Source: an uncultured Acutalibacter sp. (GTDB taxonomy: Bacteria > Bacillota > Clostridia > Oscillospirales > Acutalibacteraceae). From it: 64,000 nucleotides of DNA. The notes under the pieces are model-generated. The model had not been told where the DNA came from and did not search any database. It worked only from the letters and a program-made list of their open reading frames with translations. The stretch is taken from positions 328 through 64,327 of the forward strand of contig CAZRLJ010000004.1 of the NCBI GenBank assembly GCA_964600905.1, in the 5' to 3' direction. Shown piece by piece: positions 18,455 through 28,340 of the stretch. How positions within the stretch are numbered: position 1 is the stretch's first letter; each line of letters opens with the position of its first letter. A program made the position numbers and the translations under genes.

Positions 18455-20244
18455 CATTCAAACTGCGAGGCATAGAGCTTATAGTAACCGCCCCGCTGGG
18501 CCATGAGCTCCTCATGGGTGCCCTGCTCCATCACATCCCCATGCTCCATGACAAGAATCTTGTCGGCGTTCTGGATGGTGGACAGGCGGTGGGCGATGAC
18601 AAAGGAGGTCTTCCCCTTCATCAGCTCCCGCATGGCTTTCTGCACCTGCTGCTCGGTATTGGTGTCCACGTTGCTGGTGGCCTCGTCCAGAATGAGCATT
18701 TGGGTATCGTAGAGCATGGCCCGGGCAATGGTCAAAAGCTGCTTCTGCCCCTTGCTGATGTTTCCGCCGTCCTCACTGATCACGGTGTTGTAGCCCTCCG
18801 GCAGGCGCATGATGTAATTGTGGATCCTTGCGGCCTTGGCCACCGCCACCACCTCGTCCATGGTGGCGCCCTCCTTGCCGTAGGCGATGTTTTCAAAGAT
18901 GCTGCCCCGGAACACCCAGGTGTCCTGCAGCACCATGGCATAGGAACGGCGCAGGGAATCCCGGGTCACGTCCAGCAGGCCCTTGCCGTCCACCAGAATT
19001 CTGCCGGAATCCACATCGTAGAAGCGCATGAGCAGGTTGATGATGGTGGTCTTCCCCGCGCCGGTGTGGCCCACGATGGCGATGGTTTTTCCCGGCTCCG
19101 CGTGGAAGCTCAGGTCGTGCAGGATGGTCTTCCCCGGCACATAGCCGAAGGAGACGTGCTCCGCCTCCACATCGCCCTGCACCTCGCTGAGAGTCTGGGC
19201 CTGGGGCAGGTCGGCGGTCTCCTCCGGCTGATCCAGCAGGGCAAACACCCGCTCCGCCGCGGCCAGGGCCGAATAGATTTCATTGACGATGTTGGCGATC
19301 TCATTAATGGGGCCGGAAAACTTCCGGGAGTACAGCACAAAGGAGGAAATCTGCTCCATGCCCACGCCCCCCAGCATGTAGAGCACCGCGCCCACGGTGC
19401 CGATCAGCGCCAGGCCGAAATTGTTGATAAAGCCCACGGTGGGGCCGGTCATCATGCCCAGGGTGTCGGCTTCGCAGTAGGCGTTGGCCGCCTCGTGGTT
19501 GATCTTGCTGAAATCCTCGCACACCTCGTTTTCATGGGCGTAGGCGAGAATGGTTTTCTGGCCGGAGAACATCTCCTCCACAAAACCGTTCATTTTGCCG
19601 TAGGCCGCGCTCCGCTTGGCGTAGCGGGGACGGGTCTTTTTCCCCATGAACCGGGTAAAGAGCACGGCCAGGGGGATGGTGACACACAGACAGGACACCA
19701 TGGGCAGGGAAATGGTGCACATCATGAAAAAGGAGCCCGCCACCATCACAAGGCTGGTGAGGATATGGACCAGGTCCGCCGACAGGCTGGCGCTGACCAC
19801 GTCGATGTCGTAGGACACGCGGCTGATGATGTCCCCGGCCTGATGCCGATCAAAATAGCTCACGGGCATGGTCATCAGCTTATCAAAGACGTCCTTGCGC
19901 ATTTTATTGGCCACCTTCCGGCCAACCCGCATCATGCCCAGGTTGGCGGCAAAGGACACAAGGCCGCTGACGAGATAGGCCGCCAGCATACAGGCGGCAT
20001 AGAAGCCCACCACGCCGAAGTCCACGCGGCCGACGCCCAGCCGGGCGCCCTCCTCCACTGCGCCGATGGCCTTTCCGGCGAATTTCGGCCCCAGCAGATT
20101 GCCGATATTGCTCAAAAACGTCAGCACCAGCAGTCCCAGCACCATCAGCCGGTAATCCATCAGATACCGGAGAATTCGCACAAGGGTGCCTCTGGCGTTT
20201 TTCGGCTTTTCCAGTTTTCCGTTTCTTCCACCTCTGGGAGGCAT
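18454..20244 (-). CDS. ABC exporter, fused permease/ATPase (heterodimer subunit B)
   Basis: TMD plus GHTGAGKT, ISKGQKQ, ILDEAT, AHRLST. Confidence 0.92.
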   Translation of the reverse strand: MPPRGGRNGKLEKPKNARGTLVRILRYLMDYRLMVLGLLVLTFLSNIGNLLGPKFAGKAIGAVEEGARLGVGRVDFGVVGFYAACMLAAYLVSGLVSFAANLGMMRVGRKVANKMRKDVFDKLMTMPVSYFDRHQAGDIISRVSYDIDVVSASLSADLVHILTSLVMVAGSFFMMCTISLPMVSCLCVTIPLAVLFTRFMGKKTRPRYAKRSAAYGKMNGFVEEMFSGQKTILAYAHENEVCEDFSKINHEAANAYCEADTLGMMTGPTVGFINNFGLALIGTVGAVLYMLGGVGMEQISSFVLYSRKFSGPINEIANIVNEIYSALAAAERVFALLDQPEETADLPQAQTLSEVQGDVEAEHVSFGYVPGKTILHDLSFHAEPGKTIAIVGHTGAGKTTIINLLMRFYDVDSGRILVDGKGLLDVTRDSLRRSYAMVLQDTWVFRGSIFENIAYGKEGATMDEVVAVAKAARIHNYIMRLPEGYNTVISEDGGNISKGQKQLLTIARAMLYDTQMLILDEATSNVDTNTEQQVQKAMRELMKGKTSFVIAHRLSTIQNADKILVMEHGDVMEQGTHEELMAQRGGYYKLYASQFE

Positions 20245-20279
20245 ATATTTCACTCCTTTTGTCTTTCGGTCCGCTGTCA

Positions 20280-20417
20280 CCAGGATTGAGCCCGGTTTTT
20301 GCGGGCGGCTTTGCGTCCAGGCTTCGTTATCGGCCTTGGAAATACATCAAGTATTCCCTGCGGCCTCTGCCTTGCCTGAACGCAAATCCGCTCCGCAAAA
20401 GCTACAGGTCAACCTGG
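20280..20417. repeat. Long imperfect intergenic hairpin element
   Basis: TTTTGCGGGCGG/CCGCTCCGCAAAA and TTTGCGTCCAGGC/GCCTGAACGCAAA arms; apical GAAATAC-N5-GTATTCC. Confidence 0.65.
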
Positions 20418-20453
20418 TTCCAGCTGACCTCAATACATTGGTTCTGTTTGTGA

Positions 20454-22211
20454 TTAAGCCATGGAACCCATCTGGGTTTGATAAATTTCCTGATACTGGG
20501 GGCAGCTTTCCAGCAGCTCCTCATGGCTGCCATATCCGATGCAGCGGCCGTTGTCCATCACCAGGATATGGGTCATGCCCTGGATGGAGCTGACCCGCTG
20601 GGCCACCATGATGGTGGTGGAATCCCGGTGGCGCTCGAAAATGGCCTTGCGCAGGGCGGCGTCGGTCTTGTAGTCCAGGGCCGAGGAGGAGTCGTCCAAA
20701 ATCAAAATCTCCGGGTTCCCCGCCAGGGCTCTGGAAATGAGCAGGCGCTGCTTCTGGCCGCCGGAAAGATTGGCTCCGCCGATGTCCGCCTGATAGTCCA
20801 GCCCCATGTCCAGGGAATCGATATACTCCGCCGCCACGGCGTCCTCAATGGCGGCCCGCAGGGCCCTGTCGTCCAGGTCCCGGCCAAAGCGGATGTTTTC
20901 CCGCAGGGTGTCGTAAAACACCATATCGTTCTGGAACACCACGCCAAACTTTCGCCGCAGCTCGTCCTTATCGTAGGTGCGTACGTCCCGGCCGTCCACA
21001 AAGACGCCGCCGTTTTCCACATCGTAAAACCGCATCAGCAGGTTGATAATGGTGGTCTTTCCGCAGCCGGTGGGGCCGATGATCCCTAGGCTCTCGCCCC
21101 GCTTCAGGGCGAAGCTGATGTCGTACAGGCACTGCTCCCGGTCCCCTCCGGCAAAGGCCCCGCTGTCCCCTGTGCCGCTTTCGTCATAGCTGAAGTTCAC
21201 ATTCTCAAAGCGGATGAATTCCTCTCCGGCGGGCTTTTTGGCCTCCTCGGGCGAAAGGATTTTCTGGTCCGTTTCGGCGTCGATTACCTGGCCGATCCGG
21301 TTGGCGGAGGCCGCCGCCTTGCTGAGCATCATAAAAATGCGGTTGATGCCCATGACGCCCTGCATGATCATGTTGAAGTATGTAAGGAAGGCCAGAATCA
21401 CGCCGGGCTTCATCAGGCCGCCGTTGACCCGCTGGGCGCCGATCCACACCACCAGGGTCAGTCCGGCATTGAGGAAGATCTGCATCAAGGGACCGGGAAT
21501 GGCCATGATGGTGCTGGCCTGGATGTCGCTTTTTGTCATGGCGTCGTTGTTCTTTCCGAAGCGGCCCTTCTCATATTCCGTTTTGGAAAGGGCCTTCACC
21601 ACCCGGATACCGGTGATGTCCTCCCGCATGACCCGCACCACGCCGTCCAGCCTCTCCTGAACCTTCCGGTACAGAGGAATGCCGTACCGGGACACGCCGA
21701 TCACGATCACCAGCAGGATGGGCACCATGATGCACAAGATCCCGGACAGGGCCGGGTCCATGAACATGGTGACGATAATGCCGCCGATGAGCACGATGGG
21801 CTGGCGGATGAACATGGTTTGCAGGCTTTGGGCGCAGGACTGCACGTTGTAGCTGTCGCTGGTCATGCGGCTGATAATGCTGGGCAGGCCAAAGGCGTCA
21901 AACTGGGCGCCGGACAGGTTTGCCGTCTTGCGGAACAGGTCCTGCCGCAGGTCATAGGACACGTTGTGGGCGTTGTCCACGGCGATCCTGTTGGCCCAGA
22001 TATTAAAGCCCCAGGTGGCAAGGGCGGTAAGCACCATCAGGCTGCTCCACAGCAGCACCCTGCCCATCTGCCCCAGGGGAACGATCTCATCAATCAAATG
22101 CTCCAGCACATAGGGAAGCAGCAGCTCCGAGACGGCTCCCAGCAGCTTTAGGGCCATGGAGGCGGTGATGCGCCTTGCATATCGTTTCATGTACCGCAGG
22201 ATGATCTTCAA
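20454..22211 (-). CDS. ABC exporter, fused permease/ATPase (heterodimer subunit A, degenerate site)
   Basis: GPTGCGKT, LSGGQKQR, ILDDSSSALD, AQRVSS; TTG start overlapping the marR-type stop. Confidence 0.92.
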   Translation of the reverse strand: MKIILRYMKRYARRITASMALKLLGAVSELLLPYVLEHLIDEIVPLGQMGRVLLWSSLMVLTALATWGFNIWANRIAVDNAHNVSYDLRQDLFRKTANLSGAQFDAFGLPSIISRMTSDSYNVQSCAQSLQTMFIRQPIVLIGGIIVTMFMDPALSGILCIMVPILLVIVIGVSRYGIPLYRKVQERLDGVVRVMREDITGIRVVKALSKTEYEKGRFGKNNDAMTKSDIQASTIMAIPGPLMQIFLNAGLTLVVWIGAQRVNGGLMKPGVILAFLTYFNMIMQGVMGINRIFMMLSKAAASANRIGQVIDAETDQKILSPEEAKKPAGEEFIRFENVNFSYDESGTGDSGAFAGGDREQCLYDISFALKRGESLGIIGPTGCGKTTIINLLMRFYDVENGGVFVDGRDVRTYDKDELRRKFGVVFQNDMVFYDTLRENIRFGRDLDDRALRAAIEDAVAAEYIDSLDMGLDYQADIGGANLSGGQKQRLLISRALAGNPEILILDDSSSALDYKTDAALRKAIFERHRDSTTIMVAQRVSSIQGMTHILVMDNGRCIGYGSHEELLESCPQYQEIYQTQMGSMA

Positions 22212-22687
22212 GGCTGCTCCTCCTCCCCGCTTTCCTCCCAGAGCCGATTCAACTCTGCAAAGTCGTTGTGCCACTCCTCATGGGCCCGCTTCCCCAGGAT
22301 CGCCAGCATCCGGACCAGCTCCTGCTTTTCCCCCTCGCTGAGGGGCTCCAGAAGCCACTGGTAGAAAAATTCCTCCAGACGGGCCTTGGAGCCGCGCAGC
22401 TCGTCGGCCTTTTCCGTGGTGTAAAGCAGGCGGATGCGCTTGTCCTCCGGATCCATCTCCCGCCGCAGGTAGCCCTTGCTTTCCAGCCTTGCCACCAGCC
22501 GGGCGGCAGCGCCCTTATCCAGCTCCAGCCGCTGGCAGGCCTCGCTTTGGGTGATGCCGGGATGGAACCGCACCAGTATCACCAGCTCCACCTCCGAGGA
22601 GCCCACGCCGTTCTGCCGCAGGATACGGCTGACGAACCGGGACGCGCCCCGGGCAATCCGGGAGATCCTTCTTTCCGTAATGTCCAT
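22208..22687 (-). CDS. MarR family transcriptional regulator
   Basis: PGITQ, LDKGAAAR, LESKGYL, DPEDKR winged-helix pattern. Confidence 0.9.
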   Translation of the reverse strand: MDITERRISRIARGASRFVSRILRQNGVGSSEVELVILVRFHPGITQSEACQRLELDKGAAARLVARLESKGYLRREMDPEDKRIRLLYTTEKADELRGSKARLEEFFYQWLLEPLSEGEKQELVRMLAILGKRAHEEWHNDFAELNRLWEESGEEEQP

Positions 22688-22958
22688 ATTTTCCCTCTTT
22701 TCAAATGGTTGAACTATCATCGTTGTAATGTCAACTAATAATTTATCACGGCCTGCGAAAAATGTCAAGCGCCAGATTCCGATCTTCTCTTGGGGCGCGG
22801 AGCTTGTGTGAAATCTCCCCCGTTTCATTGACTTGCCCGCCGCTTTCCGGTATACTTTTTTCATGGGCGGTCCGGTCGGAAGGCTGTAATCCCCCGAGAG
22901 ACCGCTTCCCGAAAATCAAATGACGTTCAACAGAAACGGCACACTGGGAGGAATTCAA

Positions 22959-24113
22959 ATGAAGTACAGAATGCTGGGAAACACTGGAATGAAGGTCAGT
23001 GAGATCGGACTGGGCAGCGAGGTTTTCGTCAAGGCTACCGAGGAGGAGGGCCTTGCCATGCTGGACGCCGCCGTGAAGCTGGGCGTCAACTATTTTGACT
23101 GCTATAACTCCGAGCCCAACGTCCGGGACGTGATCGGCAAGGGCATGAAGGGCCGCCGGGAGAAATTCATCGTCCAGGGGCAGATCGGTTCCCACTGGGT
23201 AGACGGCCAGTACAAGCGCACCCGGCAGATGGACGAGGTCAAGGCTGCCTGGGAGGACCTGCTTGCCCGGTTCCAGACCGACTATGTGGATGTGGGCATG
23301 ATCCACTATGTGGACGAGCAGAAGGACTATGATGAGGTGTTCGGCGGGCCCTTTATCGAATTCGTGAAGGAGCTGAAGGCCCAGGGAAAGATCCGCTCTA
23401 TCGGCATTGGCTCCCACAATCCGAAAATTGCCCTCCAGGCGGTGAGGACCGGCCTGATGGAGGTGGTGATGCTCAGCATCAATCCGGCTTACGATCTGCT
23501 GCCCGCCAGCGAGGACATCGACGCCATGTTCCAAAAGGAGACCTACGAGGCCCAGAGTGCCTTGAACAGCATCGACCCCGAGCGGGAGGAGCTGTACCGG
23601 CTCTGCGAGGAAAAGGGCGTGGCCCTCACCGTCATGAAGCCCTATGCCGGCGGCGCCCTGCTGGACGCCGGGGAAAGCCCCTTCGGCGTGGCCTTGACCG
23701 TGCCCCAGTGCCTCCATTACTGCCTGACCAGGCCCGCCGTGGCCAGCGTGCTCTGCGGCGCTCATTCCGTTCAGGAGCTGGAGGAGGCCGCCGCTTACTG
23801 CGACCTGCCGGAAGAGAAGAAGGAATACGCCTCCGTGCTCAGCAGCGCCCCGGCCCACAGCTTTAAGGACAAGTGCATGTACTGCGGTCACTGCGCCCCC
23901 TGCACCGTGGGCATCGACATTGCCACCGTCAACAAATTCGCGGACCTGTGCACCGCCCAGAACATGGTGCCGGAAACAGTGCGGGAGCACTACGCCGCGC
24001 TGGAACACAAGGCCGGGGAATGCATCGCCTGCGGCCTGTGCGAGACCCGCTGCCCCTTTGGGGTGAAGATCGTGGAGCACATGGAAAAGGCCCGGGATAT
24101 TTTCGGCGCATAA
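22959..24113 (+). CDS. Aldo/keto reductase with C-terminal 4Fe-4S domain
   Basis: LGNTGMKVSEIGLG, GKIRSIG, VMKPYAGG, CMYCGHCAPC, CIACGLCETRCP. Confidence 0.9.
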   Translation: MKYRMLGNTGMKVSEIGLGSEVFVKATEEEGLAMLDAAVKLGVNYFDCYNSEPNVRDVIGKGMKGRREKFIVQGQIGSHWVDGQYKRTRQMDEVKAAWEDLLARFQTDYVDVGMIHYVDEQKDYDEVFGGPFIEFVKELKAQGKIRSIGIGSHNPKIALQAVRTGLMEVVMLSINPAYDLLPASEDIDAMFQKETYEAQSALNSIDPEREELYRLCEEKGVALTVMKPYAGGALLDAGESPFGVALTVPQCLHYCLTRPAVASVLCGAHSVQELEEAAAYCDLPEEKKEYASVLSSAPAHSFKDKCMYCGHCAPCTVGIDIATVNKFADLCTAQNMVPETVREHYAALEHKAGECIACGLCETRCPFGVKIVEHMEKARDIFGA

Positions 24114-24218
24114 GCCTCCCCCTTGCGGAAAATTTCCAGCTGTGATAGGATAAAAGAAAAGAGCTTTTCGTTTCTGACAGAGAACAGGTTCGGAAAAGCG
24201 CCAAGGGAGGAAAAATAC

Positions 24219-25574
24219 ATGAAACAGGTCAAAACAAATTACGGTGTACTGGAGGGTGTGGAGCTGGAGGGCTGCTCCAGATTTCTGGGCGTCCCCTACG
24301 CGAAGCCGCCCATTGGTCCCCTGCGCTGGCAGGAGCCGCAGAAGCCCGAAAGCTGGGAGGGCGTCCGGGAAGCAAAGGCTTTCTCTAACCGGGCATGGCA
24401 GCTCTGCACCCTCTACCATGAGGGAGACCCGGCGGGCCCCGGCATCAACTATGGCCGGGAGTTCTACGCAAACCCCGATTTTATGCCGGAGATGAGCGAG
24501 GACTGTCTCTATCTGAATGTATGGACCCCGGCAAAGTCCGCCGATGAAAAGCTTCCGGTGGCCTTCTGGATCCATGGCGGCGCTTTCCTCAACGGCTGGG
24601 GCGGCGAGCTGGAATTTGACGGGGAGAGCTTCGCCAAGAAGGGCGTGATCCTTGTCACCATCAACTACCGCCTGGGGCCCTTCGGCTTTCTCTGCCACAG
24701 GGAGCTGCGGGACGAAAACGGCCGCAGCGGCAACTACGGCATTCTGGACCAGCTGGCCGCTCTGGACTGGGTGCGGGAAAACATCGGCGCTTTCGGCGGC
24801 GACCCTGACAGAATCACCATCTTCGGCCAATCCGCCGGAGCCATGAGCGTGCAGACCATCGTCTGCTCCCCCCTGGCCAGAGGAAAGTTCGCCGGGGCCA
24901 TCCTGCAATCCGGCGCCGGCTACCGGGCCGGGTTCAGCCGGGATTTGAAGCAGGAGGACGCCTTTGTCATGGGCGAAGCCTTCAGCGTCGCCACAGGAGC
25001 CAGCACCGCCCAAGAGATGCGGGCCCTGCCTGCCGCTGAGATCATGGGAAAATTCGGCGACATCGCCCAGGAATGCGGTAAACGCGGTCTGGGAGGGCTG
25101 CCCTTTGTGCCGGTGATCGACGGCCATCTGCTGGTGAAGGGCTACGCCGATTATCTGTCGGAGGGGCTTCATCCCGACGTGCCCTATATGATTGGCAGCT
25201 GCGGCAACGACATGGGCGCCACCCAGGAGAGCAAGGCTGCCGGGAAACATATCAGCCTATACTACGGCTGCATCAACTGGTCCCTGCTCAATCTGGAGCT
25301 GGGCCGCAAGCCCGCCTATGTCTACTACTTTGACCGGGAGCTGCTGGGCAGCGACGACGGCGCGTTCCACTCTGCCGAGCTATGGTACGTTTTCGGCACC
25401 CTGGGCCGCAGCTGGCGTCCCAAGACTGACGGCGACTATGAGCTGGGAGAGCGGGTCAGCAGCTACTGGGCCAATTTTGTCAAAACCGGCAACCCCAACG
25501 GCGAGGGCCTCCCCCAGTGGGATCCCTGCGGCTGGGAGGACCACAATGTGCTGACCCTGGATGTAACCGAGTAA
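24219..25574 (+). CDS. Carboxylesterase type B (PnbA-like)
   Basis: SEDCLYLNVW, WIHGGAF, FGQSAG, HSAEL. Confidence 0.92.
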   Translation: MKQVKTNYGVLEGVELEGCSRFLGVPYAKPPIGPLRWQEPQKPESWEGVREAKAFSNRAWQLCTLYHEGDPAGPGINYGREFYANPDFMPEMSEDCLYLNVWTPAKSADEKLPVAFWIHGGAFLNGWGGELEFDGESFAKKGVILVTINYRLGPFGFLCHRELRDENGRSGNYGILDQLAALDWVRENIGAFGGDPDRITIFGQSAGAMSVQTIVCSPLARGKFAGAILQSGAGYRAGFSRDLKQEDAFVMGEAFSVATGASTAQEMRALPAAEIMGKFGDIAQECGKRGLGGLPFVPVIDGHLLVKGYADYLSEGLHPDVPYMIGSCGNDMGATQESKAAGKHISLYYGCINWSLLNLELGRKPAYVYYFDRELLGSDDGAFHSAELWYVFGTLGRSWRPKTDGDYELGERVSSYWANFVKTGNPNGEGLPQWDPCGWEDHNVLTLDVTE

Positions 25575-25602
25575 GCAGTTGCTGCGAAACAGCAACAAAA
25601 AG

Positions 25603-25633
25603 AGGAAGGAGAACCGCACTGGTTCTCCTTCCT
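25603..25633. terminator. Bidirectional terminator
   Basis: AGGAAGGAGAACC-N5-GGTTCTCCTTCCT between convergent genes. Confidence 0.75.
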
Positions 25634-25650
25634 TTCGTTTATAGGGTACT

Positions 25651-26481
25651 TTATTTCCCGGAGAGGTCGCTGCCGAAATACCTTGTGGAGATCTCCCCCA
25701 GGGTGCCGTCCTGGCGGAGCTCCTCCAGGATCTTATCCACCTCGGCCCGAAGGGTGGCGGTGTCCTCGGTTTTGCGGAAGGGCAGGGCAATGGAATCCGC
25801 CTCCTCCGAGTAAGCAGCCACCTTGATGTTGGCGTCGGGATGCTGGGAAATGTAATCGATATAGGTGACCTCGTCATTCAGAGTAGCGTCGATCCGGCCC
25901 TGAAGCAGCAGCTCGATGGTCTGGTTCAGGTCGTCCACGGCGGTGACATTGGCCCCGTACCGCTCGGCCACCTGGGCATAGGTGGAGCCCACAGTGTTGG
26001 CGGTGGTCATGCCGTTTAAGTCCTCAAAGCTTGCGATGCGGTCGTCATCGGAGCGGACCATGATGGCGGTGCGGGAATAGGCATAGGGCACGGAGAAATC
26101 GAACTTATCCTTCCGCTCGTCGGTGATGTTCACGCCGTTGGCCATGGTGTCGTACATGCCGGTGTCGGTTCCGGCCAGCAGTCCGTCCCACTCGCCCTCC
26201 ACAAAGGTGGCCTTAACGCCCAGCTTCTCGCAGACGGCCTTGGCCACATCGATGTCAAAGCCCACCAGCTGGTCGTTCTCATCGTGATAGGTCCAGGGAG
26301 CCCAGGTACCCTCCGTGGCGATGACCATCTCTCCTTTTGCCTTCACCTGCGCCAGCCGGTCTCCGGTTTCGCCGGAGGCGGTGCTGCCGTTGGAGACGCT
26401 GCTGCACCCTGCAAAGAGGGCCGCCAGCAGAACGGCGGAAAGCAGAAGGGACAGAACTTTTTTGACAGTGCGGTTCATCAT
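25651..26481 (-). CDS. Polar amino acid (cystine-like) ABC substrate-binding lipoprotein
   Basis: Lipobox FAGC; ATEGTWAPW, GFDIDVA, RIDATLND. Confidence 0.88.
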   Translation of the reverse strand: MMNRTVKKVLSLLLSAVLLAALFAGCSSVSNGSTASGETGDRLAQVKAKGEMVIATEGTWAPWTYHDENDQLVGFDIDVAKAVCEKLGVKATFVEGEWDGLLAGTDTGMYDTMANGVNITDERKDKFDFSVPYAYSRTAIMVRSDDDRIASFEDLNGMTTANTVGSTYAQVAERYGANVTAVDDLNQTIELLLQGRIDATLNDEVTYIDYISQHPDANIKVAAYSEEADSIALPFRKTEDTATLRAEVDKILEELRQDGTLGEISTRYFGSDLSGK

Positions 26482-26484
26482 ACA

Positions 26485-27237
26485 TTACTCCTTTTCTAGT
26501 TCCGACAGATCCAGCACCTTCAGGAAATCCCTGGCCCGGTCTGTCTGGGGGTTGGTGAAAAAGTCCGCCGCGGAGGCCTGCTCCACAACAAGACCGTTAT
26601 CCATAAAAACGATTTTATTGGCCACGTTCCGGGCAAAGCTCAGCTCGTGGGTGACCACCAGCATGGTCATGCCCTCCTGGGCCACGTCCCGCATGACGGA
26701 CAGGACCTCGCCTGTCAGCTCGGGATCCAGAGCCGAGGTGGGCTCGTCAAAGTAAATGATCTCCGGGGACGCAGCCAGGGCACGGGCGATGGCCACCCGC
26801 TGCTGCTGTCCGCCGGAAAGCTGGGAGGGGTAGGAGTCCTTCTTGTCCAGAAGCCCCACCTTTTCCAGCATTTTCTCCCCGATCTCATTGGCCTGGGACT
26901 TCGGCATTTTTCTCGCCACAATCAGTCCCTCAGTCACGTTTTGCAGCGCCGTTTTGTTGCGGAACAGGTTGTAGCTCTGGAACACGAAGCCCGTCTTTTG
27001 CCGCAGATGTAAAATGTCCTTTTTGGAAATGTGGTGCAGGTCGTAGGGGACCTCGTCAAAAACCAGCGTGCCGCTGTCGGCCCTTTCCAGGAAGTTCACG
27101 CACCGCAGGAGGGTGGTCTTCCCCGCGCCGCTGGGGCCGATGATGGCCACCACGTCGCCCTTCTCCACCGTAAGATCGATCCCTTTCAGGATCTCCTGTC
27201 CCTGAAAGGCCTTTTTCATACCTTCAACCTTTAACAT
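26485..27237 (-). CDS. Polar amino acid ABC ATP-binding protein
   Basis: GPSGAGKT, LSGGQQQR, FDEPTSALDPE. Confidence 0.92.
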   Translation of the reverse strand: MLKVEGMKKAFQGQEILKGIDLTVEKGDVVAIIGPSGAGKTTLLRCVNFLERADSGTLVFDEVPYDLHHISKKDILHLRQKTGFVFQSYNLFRNKTALQNVTEGLIVARKMPKSQANEIGEKMLEKVGLLDKKDSYPSQLSGGQQQRVAIARALAASPEIIYFDEPTSALDPELTGEVLSVMRDVAQEGMTMLVVTHELSFARNVANKIVFMDNGLVVEQASAADFFTNPQTDRARDFLKVLDLSELEKE

Positions 27238-27281
27238 AATATCACCCAAACATAATAATAAGAGGTCAGCCTTGCAGTCAG

Positions 27282-27950
27282 TTATTTATACTCGTACGCA
27301 TTCAGCTTCTTCTCCCCCCAGCGCTCCAGGCACTCGATGAGAGAGGAGAAGATCAGGTAGAAGAACGCCACCTCCAGATAGATGGCAAGGGGCTCGTAAT
27401 AGAAGGAAACCAGGCGCTTGGCGGCCATGAACATCTCCGCCATAGTGATGCTGGAAACCAGGGAGGTGTCCTTGAGCATGGCAATGAGAGAGTTGCCCAG
27501 GGGCGGCAAAGCCGTCCGCATAGCCTGGGGCAAAACGATGCGCCGGATGGACTGCCACCAGGTCATGCCCACGCACTCCCCCGCCTCCAGCTGGCCGGTG
27601 GGGACGGAATCCAGCGCCGCCCGGACGGACTCGGCACAGTAGGCGCCCTCGTTGATGCCCAGGGTCAAAACGCCCGCCACAAAGGGATGGAGCTTGATCC
27701 CCACCTGTCCCAGGCCGTAAAAGACCAGAAACAGCTGGACCAGCAGCGGCGTGCCCCGGCAGAACCAGATGTAAAACCGGGCGATGTGCCGCAGCACCGG
27801 CACCTTGGCGAACTGGGTGAGGGCCACTCCCACCGACAGCAGAAAGGCCAGGGCAAAGCCCAGAATGGTCATGGGGACCGTAATGAGAAGCCCCGGCACC
27901 AGAATGCGGGGAATCCCCTCGAGTAAGATCTGAAAAATTCGTTCCGTCAT
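27282..27950 (-). CDS. Polar amino acid ABC permease
   Basis: RGTPLLVQL, GQLEAG, KDTSL. Confidence 0.92.
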   Translation of the reverse strand: MTERIFQILLEGIPRILVPGLLITVPMTILGFALAFLLSVGVALTQFAKVPVLRHIARFYIWFCRGTPLLVQLFLVFYGLGQVGIKLHPFVAGVLTLGINEGAYCAESVRAALDSVPTGQLEAGECVGMTWWQSIRRIVLPQAMRTALPPLGNSLIAMLKDTSLVSSITMAEMFMAAKRLVSFYYEPLAIYLEVAFFYLIFSSLIECLERWGEKKLNAYEYK

Positions 27951-28062
27951 GCTTTTTCCCCTTTACATGTTCCGATGTTTCCGCCCGCCGACGCCCAGCG
28001 TCTGACAGGCCGGGCAGGGCTGTGCCCTTTCCGGACACGTTACCATTATACCAGCAAAAATG

Positions 28063-28087
28063 AAAATAGCAAATGCTTATTCTGCAT
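28063..28087. promoter_or_regulatory. Putative LysR operator, copy 1
   Basis: AAAATAGCAAATGCTTATTCTGCAT, 23/25 identical to 37769..37793 upstream of the LysR gene. Confidence 0.6.
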
Positions 28088-28206
28088 ACTGCAATATGCA
28101 TCTCAGACATATCACATCCCATGCCCTCTCATCCGGTCTATGCCCCCTTCTTTTGAAAACCGCCCCATTTTCCCTCCTTTCGGGGGCAGAAAAATCCCCG
28201 TTTTCA

Positions 28207-28235
28207 TTGACAGGCGGGAACGGGGAACTTATAAT
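28207..28235 (+). promoter_or_regulatory. sigmaA consensus promoter of the GH-murQ-kinase operon
   Basis: TTGACA-17nt-TATAAT. Confidence 0.8.
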
Positions 28236-28340
28236 TTGATTTGAAGAAAAGCCTCTAGCACCATTTGTCAAACAGAGGCGCTTTTCCATCCGCCCGGCGG
28301 CCGCAGCCGGTAAGCCGCGTCCTTACAAAGGAGATACGCT

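Noticed and set aside
26458..26470. TTTTTGACAG motif near the start of the binding-protein gene
   Set aside because: Inside coding sequence (RTVKK) with no adjacent hairpin; likely chance
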